Assembly: GCA_049512935.1 (NCBI GenBank)
Contig: JBEKWR010000003.1
Location: forward strand, 32,001 to 96,000
Length of the DNA: 64,000 nucleotides
Origin: Candidatus Bathyarchaeia archaeon
Lineage (GTDB): Archaea > Thermoproteota > Bathyarchaeia > Bathyarchaeales > Bathycorpusculaceae
Direction of reading: 5' to 3'
In this document: positions 38,179-46,892 of the stretch, in pieces
Layout: each line of letters starts with the position of its first letter
Position numbering within the stretch: position 1 is the stretch's first letter
Position numbers and translations under genes: made by a program
Notes under the pieces: generated by a model
The model's input: the letters and a program-made list of their open reading frames with translations, nothing else
Database searches by the model: none
What the model was told of the DNA's origin: nothing

Positions 38179-39094
38179 CCAGCGACGCTTTCAAAACCCG
38201 CTCAATCTTCTCCGTTTCAACGCGGCTGTCATCGTTCAGCGGCGTCAAACGTATTTCAGCGGCTGATTTCACCCCGAAACCCAGCTCTGCCGCCCGCTTG
38301 AGTTGGTCTTGCTCAAAAATTTCTGCTTCGCCCACTTTGCCTTTGGCACCGTACATTTTGAGAATCGCGACTCCAACCGCGTCGATGGCTACCCGGTCTC
38401 GGCTTGCAAGCAGAAGGTTCGGCTCAACCAAATTTCCCTTGTCGGGACCGCCCGTCACGAAGGCTTTTATCCCGTCCATCAGAACGAAATCCAGGTTGTA
38501 GTTGTTGTTTATTTCCGCAATCATCTTGCGCTGGTTCGGCGAGCCGTGCAGTTCCCACATGTAATCGTAAATGCCGCCTGGAACCCTTTTAGCGACCAAG
38601 CCCACAGAATTCTTCAGCGACATGGTGAAGTGACCGCCGAACCTATGCGTTTTCAAGCAGCACGTCTGCACCACCTTGTCAGCGTCATGAAAGACTTTAG
38701 CCATGTAAAACCCCCTAATCCAATGGGTCCCTTCCTTCTCGACTTTTACCCAGTCGTCCTTGCCTGCGTCGTTTAAGACGACCGCCTTGAATCCCAGCTC
38801 ATTTGAAAGGGCCAAAACGCCCATTTCCTGGAGAACCCGTTCGGTGTCGCCCATGCCGCTGCGTTCAGCCAAAGTTACGCCGCTCGCCCCCGCTTTCTTT
38901 AAGCCTTGCACAATGGCTCTTAACGTGTCAAGATGCGTCGAGGCTGGGAACGGGTCGGCACTGTTGTAGTTAGCCTTCAAAGCCACCGCCCTGCCCGAGT
39001 AGTCGCCTAAATCAAACTTCTCAAGCAGCGCGGAAACGCCCGTTGCTCTATCCGTGGTTTTTAGAACAAAAACTTCGCCCGAAGAATTAGCCAT
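38168..39094 (-). CDS. DUF362-family protein
   Basis: LKANYNSAD, LKTHRFGGHFTMSLKNSVG, DRVAIDA. Confidence 0.88.
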   Translation of the reverse strand: MANSSGEVFVLKTTDRATGVSALLEKFDLGDYSGRAVALKANYNSADPFPASTHLDTLRAIVQGLKKAGASGVTLAERSGMGDTERVLQEMGVLALSNELGFKAVVLNDAGKDDWVKVEKEGTHWIRGFYMAKVFHDADKVVQTCCLKTHRFGGHFTMSLKNSVGLVAKRVPGGIYDYMWELHGSPNQRKMIAEINNNYNLDFVLMDGIKAFVTGGPDKGNLVEPNLLLASRDRVAIDAVGVAILKMYGAKGKVGEAEIFEQDQLKRAAELGFGVKSAAEIRLTPLNDDSRVETEKIERVLKASLAMH

Positions 39095-39219
39095 AAAACC
39101 CGCTCCATAAAAACATAAAAGGGCTGGTCAGTTATTAGTTTTTCATTGCTTCAGGCTGCAACAACAAGACCGCAAGCTCTATATTATCCTGTGAAGCCAT
39201 TTTCAAAAGCAAACCGTGC

Positions 39220-39297
39220 GGGTCCGTAGCTCAGTCAGGCTAGAGCATCGGACTCTTAATCCGAGGGTCGCGGGTTCAATTCCCGTCGGACCCGCCA
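39220..39297 (+). tRNA. tRNA-Lys(CTT), encoded CCA
   Basis: GGGTCCG acceptor stem, TCGGA-CTCTTAA-TCCGA, GGTTCAATTCC, GCCA end. Confidence 0.96.
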
Positions 39298-39438
39298 TCA
39301 TATGTACAAAGAAATACTAGCCTTTTTTCTATTCTGTCTTTTTTCCTCAGCGGATGCTTGCGTTATAGTTTGTCGCTTAGGCAGGAAGAGAAGCCTTTCC
39401 TGAATGTGGTTCGACGTTGACATCCTTTGTATCTACGG

Positions 39439-41004
39439 CTATGCTGTAATGTTCTGCTTTAGCAAAATTAATCTACCTTTAAGTGTTCCAGCAGTGGTCA
39501 TAAAAAGTAATACAATGCTACCATCTTTACCACATGTGACCGCTGTTTTGATTGCTTCTTTCAGGTCACTTGTACCTAACCAAGTACTCTTTAAATTGGG
39601 AATTTCTCTTTGCTTAAGGCTGTCAACTTTTATTGCGATTATGTCGGGATGCCGTTTCATACCATCGTTTATTGGGTTTGAAAGACTGTATGAGCTTAAG
39701 TTCTTTACTTCCACTGTCTTGGCATTAATGATTAAATCTGGATTTTTTCCAGGTTTTCCAAACTGTACTTTAAATCCATAATTGTTTGCTATTCTTGCAA
39801 GTCTACACTCCCAAGATACATTCGAAAGATATTCTCTTAGACTCTCAAGTTTGATGATGCCTTTCCACGGATTTTTGTCTTTTAGTTTTTCAAATTCTCT
39901 CAAATTGCCTCTAATTTCACGTCCGAATTCTTCAGTTTTAGGTATTGTATCAATTCCACTTAAATCGAGTTGATGCAGGTCAACAATTAGAGAAAAAAAG
40001 AATACATCTTTGCCTCTTTCAATTCCCGATGCTAGTAGTACAGATAATGAACAGGCTTCAAGTGCCATCTGTAAATCTACCTCACTGACGTTTATCTTTT
40101 TTAGTAGCCAATTCCATGAATCCAAAACATCTTGGACATTTTTTGCACCAAAAAAGGAAGGGCTATACAGAATGTGACTTAAGCCGACGAAATTGCCATC
40201 TGTCTTTAAGCCGAATGAACCAAAGTTTACACGAATGCTTCCCTCTTCAATTCTGAAAAGTTTTCCGATACTAAATTTAGCTACTTCTTTCCCCTCATCA
40301 TCTAGAATGATATCTGGAAAGGTTTGATTCATCGCTTTCAAAATATTCTCCCGAAGTTGCTCTTCTGCTTTCCAACCTTCACTAGATTTTTGTAAGAAAC
40401 TTAGTTTAAAATTTTGTGGGTCTGTCCCAATTAAAGCCAAGAATCTTAACAGTATCATATTTTCAATAATGCCATCATCCGCAATTTCTTTTCTAAAATG
40501 CCCAAGTCTAAACAGATAGATGCCTATCAACTCTTTGACCAGCATAGCTAGCATTGTGAAGTCAATTGCAATGGTTGCTGTTTTGCCAGATTGATTCAAT
40601 TGTTCGACTGCTTCCTTGAAAAGTTCTTCAGTCTTTCTTTCACTCATCAAAATAACGTTGTCAAACCCAATGAATCCTTCTAAAATATTCATTCTTTCTG
40701 TTTCTGGAAACCGTTCCAAAATCGCTTTCTTTCTAAAAGTCTCTCTAACATAGACATTTAAATAGTTAATTTCTGGCGATTCAGCTTTTGTCTCATTTGA
40801 TTTGAGACTAACAGGGTCTAATAGAGTTATTATTTCCGAATATTTGTTCCATTCGTCATCATTTAGAAGTAGCCATCTAATTGCGGGCTCATCAAAAACC
40901 TCAGATGTGATTGAATCATTATTCACATATTCCAAGGTTATCAATTCACTCCCAATAAAATGCCACAATCCTGCAGGGATGAATATGCTTTTTACCATGT
41001 GCAC
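39439..41004 (-). CDS. AT-rich 521-aa protein with a C-terminal PD-(D/E)xK-like motif
   Basis: SWECRLA...KNPDLIINAKTVEVKN; low GC versus flanks. Confidence 0.7.
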   Translation of the reverse strand: MHMVKSIFIPAGLWHFIGSELITLEYVNNDSITSEVFDEPAIRWLLLNDDEWNKYSEIITLLDPVSLKSNETKAESPEINYLNVYVRETFRKKAILERFPETERMNILEGFIGFDNVILMSERKTEELFKEAVEQLNQSGKTATIAIDFTMLAMLVKELIGIYLFRLGHFRKEIADDGIIENMILLRFLALIGTDPQNFKLSFLQKSSEGWKAEEQLRENILKAMNQTFPDIILDDEGKEVAKFSIGKLFRIEEGSIRVNFGSFGLKTDGNFVGLSHILYSPSFFGAKNVQDVLDSWNWLLKKINVSEVDLQMALEACSLSVLLASGIERGKDVFFFSLIVDLHQLDLSGIDTIPKTEEFGREIRGNLREFEKLKDKNPWKGIIKLESLREYLSNVSWECRLARIANNYGFKVQFGKPGKNPDLIINAKTVEVKNLSSYSLSNPINDGMKRHPDIIAIKVDSLKQREIPNLKSTWLGTSDLKEAIKTAVTCGKDGSIVLLFMTTAGTLKGRLILLKQNITA

Positions 41005-41180
41005 ACCTTATGGATTCTATAACTCTGTTTCAGCTATAAATTTTGAGCTAGTGCGTTATATTTAAGAAACCTGTCGCGTTCGCTAATAATTTAATTTTTA
41101 TAAAGTGTTCTTGTTGATAGGATTGTATTTCGTTTAGGCAACTCTGGGGAAAGGGGTAAGCTTACTTCACCCCACCCAGG

Positions 41181-41401
41181 GCTGCTGGGCTTGCCATCAG
41201 ACCCAAAACACAAGTAAACCGCATCGAACAAATCAAAGAAATCATACGGGCATGGGGAGCAAACCCTGAAGAAATCCCTATCCAAAGACGCAGTAATCAG
41301 AGGCAAAATCACAGAAACAACGACCCAGACGCAAAACCATTAGCTCTCGATTCTTGCAAAAACAACTCAAACAGATTATCCGTAAGGCGGCTTCGGGATG
41401 A
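41181..41401 (+). pseudogene. Probable C-terminal remnant of an archaeal site-specific integrase
   Basis: AAGLAIRPKTQVNRIEQIKEIIRAWGANPEEI/LSKDAVIRG...NH*LSILAK/QLKQIIRK with two frameshifts and a stop; resembles (from memory) bathyarchaeal integrase tails; next to the att copy. Confidence 0.5.
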
Positions 41402-41507
41402 CCCAACTACCTAGTACCTTTTCGCATATATGTAGACTAGTCCCGTCGAACCCGCCAATCCAAAAAATTGTGAAACCTTAAACCAGACAATATGTTTAAC
41501 AAAGTGT

Positions 41508-41729
41508 ATGACAAAAACGGTTTGCGTTCGAATCTCCGAAGAAGAAAAGCGTCAACTTCAGAAGTATGGCAAGCTCTCAGACGTGTTAAGGGAAGCTGTA
41601 GAGCTTTATCTAAACGCCAAGAAGTCCGACGGGTTACTCCAGAAACTAGCAGATTTGCAAGCAAAGAATCCAATAAAAACCACAATTGAGGAAGAAGTGA
41701 GCTTAATCAGAGAAGATAGAAACCGCTAA
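41508..41729 (+). CDS. Orphan VapB-like RHH antitoxin
   Basis: TVCVRISEEEK...SDVLREAVELYL...IREDRNR; tail like the 12953 antitoxin; no PIN gene follows. Confidence 0.7.
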   Translation: MTKTVCVRISEEEKRQLQKYGKLSDVLREAVELYLNAKKSDGLLQKLADLQAKNPIKTTIEEEVSLIREDRNR

Positions 41730-41775
41730 TCTGAAAAGAAAAAGAGCGGATAACCTTGGCGTGTTGAAGCTTTTT

Positions 41776-42705
41776 CTAAAGTCGACGTGGTTTTTGTGGA
41801 GGTTGGCTTCTCGGCGCGTTTGGGTTGGTTTTGGTTTCGGTGTTTAGGAGCTGCTTTAGTCGCCAGACTAATACATCTCTGTCGTTGGGTTGCTGTGTCC
41901 ACAGTTCACGGTATTCTCTGAATTGTTGCCCCGTGATTTTCCCTTTTGACTGCAGTTCGCCCAGCAGCCTCACGAATCCTCTTAGCTCCGTTTGCTCGTT
42001 GGTTTCCACGTTAACCGTTTTTCCCTCGTCTGTTTGGGTTGCGGCTGGTTCTTTATCAGGCGGCGGATAGGTGTTGTAGAGGAAACGAGTGAAATACGTG
42101 ATTTCCCAAGACCTCGTTATTGGCAAGTTGTCCTTGGCTTGTAACAGTTCAGCCGTGTAAAATGCGTATTCCGCTCCAAGTGAGTAGTATTTGGCTCCGC
42201 TGCTCGGGGCATCGGTCGTTCGGTTAACGAAATGCTTTAGGTGTTGGGTGCTAAAGATCGGCACGACGGTTTTGCTTTCGTAGTTGAAGCAAAATATGGT
42301 TTTTTTGGCTAGGTGCTTATCGTTGCCTAAACCGTTTATTTTTTCCCAGGGCGCATCCACTTTCTGAGCTAAAGACTTGTTTTTATCCACAGCGACATGG
42401 AGCAAACTCTTGAAGTCGCCGAGTTGCAGCCTGATATTTCGGTAAACATTAGCGTTCTGGATTGTAAGGTGCCCAATTGGGTTGAGGAAATACACTAAGT
42501 AACGGAAGAATTCGCCTATTTCGTTTGAATCAGGCTTGAAGATTTTGTCAGGGTCCAGCCAATCTATTGACTGCGGGTTTTCGGCGAAGGGGAATTTTAC
42601 TCTAAACTCCTTGAGCGACTCAAGCGCGTTACCGACTTCACGCTTGATTAACCCGTTTTTGTCGTAGGCGTTTGCCCGTTCAAGCATTAAGTTACTTCGA
42701 GACAT
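41776..42705 (-). CDS. Hypothetical protein, possible McrB/NucS-associated DNA-recognition-like domain
   Basis: 309 aa; WEKINGLGNDKHLAKKTIF...VPIFSTQHL HhH-like segment. Confidence 0.65.
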   Translation of the reverse strand: MSRSNLMLERANAYDKNGLIKREVGNALESLKEFRVKFPFAENPQSIDWLDPDKIFKPDSNEIGEFFRYLVYFLNPIGHLTIQNANVYRNIRLQLGDFKSLLHVAVDKNKSLAQKVDAPWEKINGLGNDKHLAKKTIFCFNYESKTVVPIFSTQHLKHFVNRTTDAPSSGAKYYSLGAEYAFYTAELLQAKDNLPITRSWEITYFTRFLYNTYPPPDKEPAATQTDEGKTVNVETNEQTELRGFVRLLGELQSKGKITGQQFREYRELWTQQPNDRDVLVWRLKQLLNTETKTNPNAPRSQPPQKPRRL

Positions 42706-42831
42706 TTTTAGCCATACCTTATTGCTAAATGGCTAATAAGAACGTTGCAGCCTCGAAGGCAATATCACTTCTTAGAAGGAGAATAAGACCCGCTGAACCT
42801 GAATGCTTTCTTGCAGTCAAATGGCTTGCTT

Positions 42832-43455
42832 TCAAGTTATGTTGCTTTGTCTCTCCCATATCCGTCGGATAAAGTGCAGAAACAAGGGCACCATCCAGAG
42901 TATGAACCTGAGGGGGATGCTTGTTTCGCTGTTTATCGGTACCGCCCAACTCCAAAAGAACGGTATGACTGAGATAAAAAAGAATGCTGCTCCGACTATC
43001 TGCGAATTTCTCATCGCTGCATAGTGGTGAAGCAGCTCTTCTGGTCTTTTCTTGTCTGATAAAATGGAGTTGGCAAGCAGCGAAAGGATTACAAATAGCC
43101 CTCCGAGGTCTACAGCATAAAGCGTCGAAACGTCCATTGTCGGAATCTTGGAAAAAAGTTCGTTAAACAGGAAGGGTTCAATGGAAACCAAGAATAGGAG
43201 CACAAGGTTGAGTTGAACTTGTATTCGTTTTTCGATGCGTACGTTTGACATGGTGCTGGTGTACGTGTACCAGACGCTTATGAGTATGAAAAAACTAAAC
43301 GCAAAATATCCTATAGACTTGAGCAAGTCCGAAAAGTTGCTTGGAGCATTCCCGATCAAGGTGAGCGCGCCTATGGAGAGGGCTAACCCGAAAATCAAGT
43401 CGGAGAGCGTTTCTATGCGGGATTTCGGAGTTGATCGTTCTTTTTCCTCAGCCAA
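42832..43455 (-). CDS. TMEM175-family K+ channel-like protein
   Basis: RIETLSDLIFGLALSI signature, 6 TM. Confidence 0.85.
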   Translation of the reverse strand: MAEEKERSTPKSRIETLSDLIFGLALSIGALTLIGNAPSNFSDLLKSIGYFAFSFFILISVWYTYTSTMSNVRIEKRIQVQLNLVLLFLVSIEPFLFNELFSKIPTMDVSTLYAVDLGGLFVILSLLANSILSDKKRPEELLHHYAAMRNSQIVGAAFFFISVIPFFWSWAVPINSETSIPLRFILWMVPLFLHFIRRIWERQSNIT

Positions 43456-43552
43456 AGCGTTAACCTCACGTTGCAGGTATAATTTGTTTTAAGCAGAATA
43501 TAGCTTTAAGCATTCAAGCGCTAACACAAATGCACAAGTTTTTTAGAAAAAG

Positions 43553-43945
43553 TTAATGAAGCGCCAAACTTAGCGTCAAGACAACGAGGACAAAGAGCGT
43601 TATGAAAACGTACTTACGGTTCTTTTCCAGCGCGAAATAGACGACGGACGTTATTGCTCGGATGTAGGGTGTCAACATCAGGATTATGAGCCCCAGCGTC
43701 ATGAACAGGATGGCGTTTTGTGCCCCGAACAAGTGTTGGGTTTGGTAGATTATGAAGGCGAAAAAGTCTTTTCCGTTGATAAAAACGGTTGGGTTCTGTG
43801 AAATCTGCACGTTGCCGTGGGTTCCGTAGTAGAGGGTTATCCCTATGGCTTCCAGGATGACGCTTACGACGACGCCCACTATCAACAGGTAGCTTATGGC
43901 GGTTTCCAGCTTGTTTTCGCCGCTGCCTACGTCCTGCTGACTCAT
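43553..43945 (-). CDS. DUF1634 membrane protein
   Basis: GLIILMLTPYIRA; coupled to the TauE gene. Confidence 0.8.
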   Translation of the reverse strand: MSQQDVGSGENKLETAISYLLIVGVVVSVILEAIGITLYYGTHGNVQISQNPTVFINGKDFFAFIIYQTQHLFGAQNAILFMTLGLIILMLTPYIRAITSVVYFALEKNRKYVFITLFVLVVLTLSLALH

Positions 43946-44769
43946 AGAGCGGTCACTCCTTTGTAGAGCATCTGAATAATCAGCAGGACGACAATCACAA
44001 GGAACAGGATTTTTAGGTTTCTGTCGTGAATCCGATTCAGCATTCTTCCGCCGGCCACGGCGCCGATTGTTACGCCTACTGCCATGGGCGCCATCAACGT
44101 CAGGTTTAGCAGTCCTGAAAAAAGGTAGACGCTTACGCCTGCCAGCGCGGTCATGCCTATGATGAAGTTGCTGGTGGCGGTTGACACTTTTGCGGGTACC
44201 TTGAGGACTTTTTCGTGGACGATGACTTTGAAGGCTCCCGCCCCGATCCCAAGCATCCCCGCCGCTATCCCAGCCACAAACATTCCCAAGCCGCCCAGCA
44301 GCGAATTTGTGCCCTTGTACTTTACCACTTTGTCATGTGCCTGATCATAGTAGCTTCCCTCAAGCCCAAGCCACTTGGAAAGCCCATCCTGCTTTTCAGG
44401 CGGCACATACTTGTTGAAGCTGCTTCTGATGTTGATGAAAGAAGTGAGGAGGAAAGCGGCGAACAAGAAATAGAGGAAAACAGGCGCGATAAGCACGGTT
44501 ATGGTTGCTCCCACTATGGCGCCGATGATGGTGAACATTTCAAGGTACATGGCAAGCTTGATGTTGGCGATTCGTTCCTTCACGTAAGTTGAGGCTGAAC
44601 CGCTCGACGTGGCTATGATAGCCACCATGCCGCATGCCACTGCCTCCTTAACGGGGAAACCCGCGAAAACCAAGATAGGTGTCAGGATGCTGGCGCCGCC
44701 TAGACCCGTCAGCGAGCCGACTAAGCCGACAGCGACGGATATCAACAGCAGAGTAACCATGTCAAGCAA
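43942..44769 (-). CDS. TauE/SafE (TSUP) transporter
   Basis: GSLTGLGGA, AGMLGIGAG, KVSTATSNF. Confidence 0.9.
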   Translation of the reverse strand: MLDMVTLLLISVAVGLVGSLTGLGGASILTPILVFAGFPVKEAVACGMVAIIATSSGSASTYVKERIANIKLAMYLEMFTIIGAIVGATITVLIAPVFLYFLFAAFLLTSFINIRSSFNKYVPPEKQDGLSKWLGLEGSYYDQAHDKVVKYKGTNSLLGGLGMFVAGIAAGMLGIGAGAFKVIVHEKVLKVPAKVSTATSNFIIGMTALAGVSVYLFSGLLNLTLMAPMAVGVTIGAVAGGRMLNRIHDRNLKILFLVIVVLLIIQMLYKGVTAL

Positions 44770-44931
44770 CGTTTCTTCCCGCCTTTAATTCTGAGGATTC
44801 GAGTAATTAAATGCATACAATTCGGGTTGCACAGCCCGCGGCAACAAAATCTTTTGGCGATATTGCAGGGTTATTTTGCTGCTTGAATTCTTGATTCGGC
44901 TATTCTTGACGAAGACCCTTTGTATCGACCG

Positions 44932-45225
44932 TTATTCGATCATTTTAGGCTCTTTTCTGGCTGTTGATAGATTATTCTTATCCCAAAGCTGGTTGCTTAA
45001 ATGCTGAAGGGTGACGGAGTCAATGTCGACATCTTTAAGCAATCCTTCGATACCTTTGATTGGATCCCCTTCAAAAGTTGGGGTCTCCTTCTGGCAGGTG
45101 ACCCAGTTTAGTATGGCTTCTTCTGCAGCCTTGCTTAATGCTCCCTTTCCACAACCGAACTTTTTCAAGGCGGTTTCTCTGAATCTGCGCTCAAGCTTCG
45201 GGTCAATCTGGACTCTAAGCGACAT
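44932..45225 (-). CDS. Orphan RHH antitoxin-like protein
   Basis: LRVQIDPKLERRFR...GALSKAAEEAILNW...DSVTLQH; no toxin follows. Confidence 0.65.
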   Translation of the reverse strand: MSLRVQIDPKLERRFRETALKKFGCGKGALSKAAEEAILNWVTCQKETPTFEGDPIKGIEGLLKDVDIDSVTLQHLSNQLWDKNNLSTARKEPKMIE

Positions 45226-45281
45226 CGCTATATTACCCTGCTATTAAATTGCTGAATTGCCATAAATCTCTTTTTGGCGAA

Positions 45282-46892
45282 TTAAGTTTTGATTTGTTTG
45301 AATTCTTCTCTTGTCTTCATTTGCCGCCGCTTCAGGTTGTAGCCGAGCGAGAAGTCATGCGCTGCGTCACGGATTTTTCTAAGCAGAAGCATCATTCGGC
45401 TGTTCTTGTCGAAGATTCTCGGCGTTGAGTCGTCTGGCAAATAAATCTCTTCGTGCTCCTTCGCTAACCCGATGACGGGTAGGTTTAAGCCGAGGGTTTG
45501 CAGAGCCGTTTTTGCCGCTCCAACTTGTCCAGGTCCGCCGTCGATGAGAACCATGTCGGGCAGCGGGCTTTTTTCTTCAACTAGCCGCTTGTATCTGCGT
45601 GCCACTACCTCGTTGACGGCTGCGAAGTCGTCCTGTCCCGTGAAGGTTTTAATTTTGAATCGGCGGTAGTTTTTCTTGTCTGGCTTCGCGTCGCGGAAGC
45701 TGACCATGCCTGAAACCACGTGCTCCTGCCCCAGGTTTGAAACGTCGAAGCACTCGATTGTACGCGGCAGCGCTGGGAGGTTGAGTTCGTTTTGTAAATC
45801 GACCAGTGCGCTGTCAACTTCCAACGTTGATTCAAGGTTTTTCTCTGCCAGCTGGACCAACGCGAGTTTGTCGGCTTTTCTGGGAATGATCAACGAGACT
45901 GGGGCATACCGTTTTGTCGATAGGAATTCTTCAAGAGCCTTTTTTTCCTGTGGTTCTTGCCAGACGGGCTTGTTCAGGAGGATTTCTCGGGGTATTCGGT
46001 TGCTTGTGTAGTAGGCTTTGAGGAATTCCTGTTCAACCTGTGGCTGAAGGTCGACGGTGAACTGTTTTTTCCCCAGCAAAACGCCTTTGCGAACCCCCAT
46101 TTGTACAGCGAGCATTTTGTCGCCGACCTGCTTGAACGCCAAGATGTCTTGGTCGAACCGCCGCTCGTTATCCACGATCTGGTGTTCCGTTACAAGCCTG
46201 ATGGAAGCCATTTGATTGCGTAGCTCCAGAGCGGTCTCATATTTCTGTTCTTGGGCGGCTTGCTGCATCTGGGCGTCGAGCTGTTTTATCGTTTGCTGGT
46301 AGTTTCCGTTTAGGAAAGACCGTGCCTGCTTGATTTGCTCGGCGTATTGTTCGGCGGTGACTTTTCCTATGCATGGGGCGGTGCAGAGGTGGATGTGGTA
46401 GTTTAGGCAGGCGCGTTTGTGCATGGTTTTGCAGGTGCGCAGCTTGAACACGCGGACGACGAGGCGTTGAAGGTCTTGCCGTATGAAGCCCTCGGTGTAG
46501 GGTCCGAACGATTCGAGTTTGCGTGAGACTTTGCGGCTGGTCATTATCCTCGGGTAAGGCTCCCGTGTAAGCGAGATGTACGCGAAGGTTTTTGCGTCTT
46601 TGAGGTCGATGTTGTACTTGGGCGTGTGCTGCTTAACCAGCTTGTTCTCTAAAAGCAGGGCTTCAACCTCGTTGTTGACGATTATCCAGTCGATGCCTCG
46701 GATTCTGGAAACCAGCTGCCGTGTTTTCGCGGGTTGGTCTTTATTTAAGAAGTAGCTTTTGACGCGGGAACGAAGGCTCTTCGCTTTGCCGATGTAGAGA
46801 ATTTCGCCCTGATCATCTTTGAACAGGTAGACTCCAGGGTTAGTCGGCATGTCGGAGGCTTTGAAATCTGACGGGGATTTTATTTGAATCAT
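45282..46892 (-). CDS. uvrC: Excinuclease ABC subunit C (lacks C-terminal HhH)
   Basis: GIY-YIG (GVYLF, YIGKAK), ECFDVSN, IDGGPGQ. Confidence 0.95.
   Translation of the reverse strand: MIQIKSPSDFKASDMPTNPGVYLFKDDQGEILYIGKAKSLRSRVKSYFLNKDQPAKTRQLVSRIRGIDWIIVNNEVEALLLENKLVKQHTPKYNIDLKDAKTFAYISLTREPYPRIMTSRKVSRKLESFGPYTEGFIRQDLQRLVVRVFKLRTCKTMHKRACLNYHIHLCTAPCIGKVTAEQYAEQIKQARSFLNGNYQQTIKQLDAQMQQAAQEQKYETALELRNQMASIRLVTEHQIVDNERRFDQDILAFKQVGDKMLAVQMGVRKGVLLGKKQFTVDLQPQVEQEFLKAYYTSNRIPREILLNKPVWQEPQEKKALEEFLSTKRYAPVSLIIPRKADKLALVQLAEKNLESTLEVDSALVDLQNELNLPALPRTIECFDVSNLGQEHVVSGMVSFRDAKPDKKNYRRFKIKTFTGQDDFAAVNEVVARRYKRLVEEKSPLPDMVLIDGGPGQVGAAKTALQTLGLNLPVIGLAKEHEEIYLPDDSTPRIFDKNSRMMLLLRKIRDAAHDFSLGYNLKRRQMKTREEFKQIKT

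Larger units (their letters stand above)
39281..41457. mobile_element. Decayed tRNA-Lys-anchored islet
   Basis: TCCCGTCGGACCCGCCA (39281-39297) repeated 16/17 at 41441-41457; AT-rich cargo and an integrase-like remnant inside. Confidence 0.7.
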
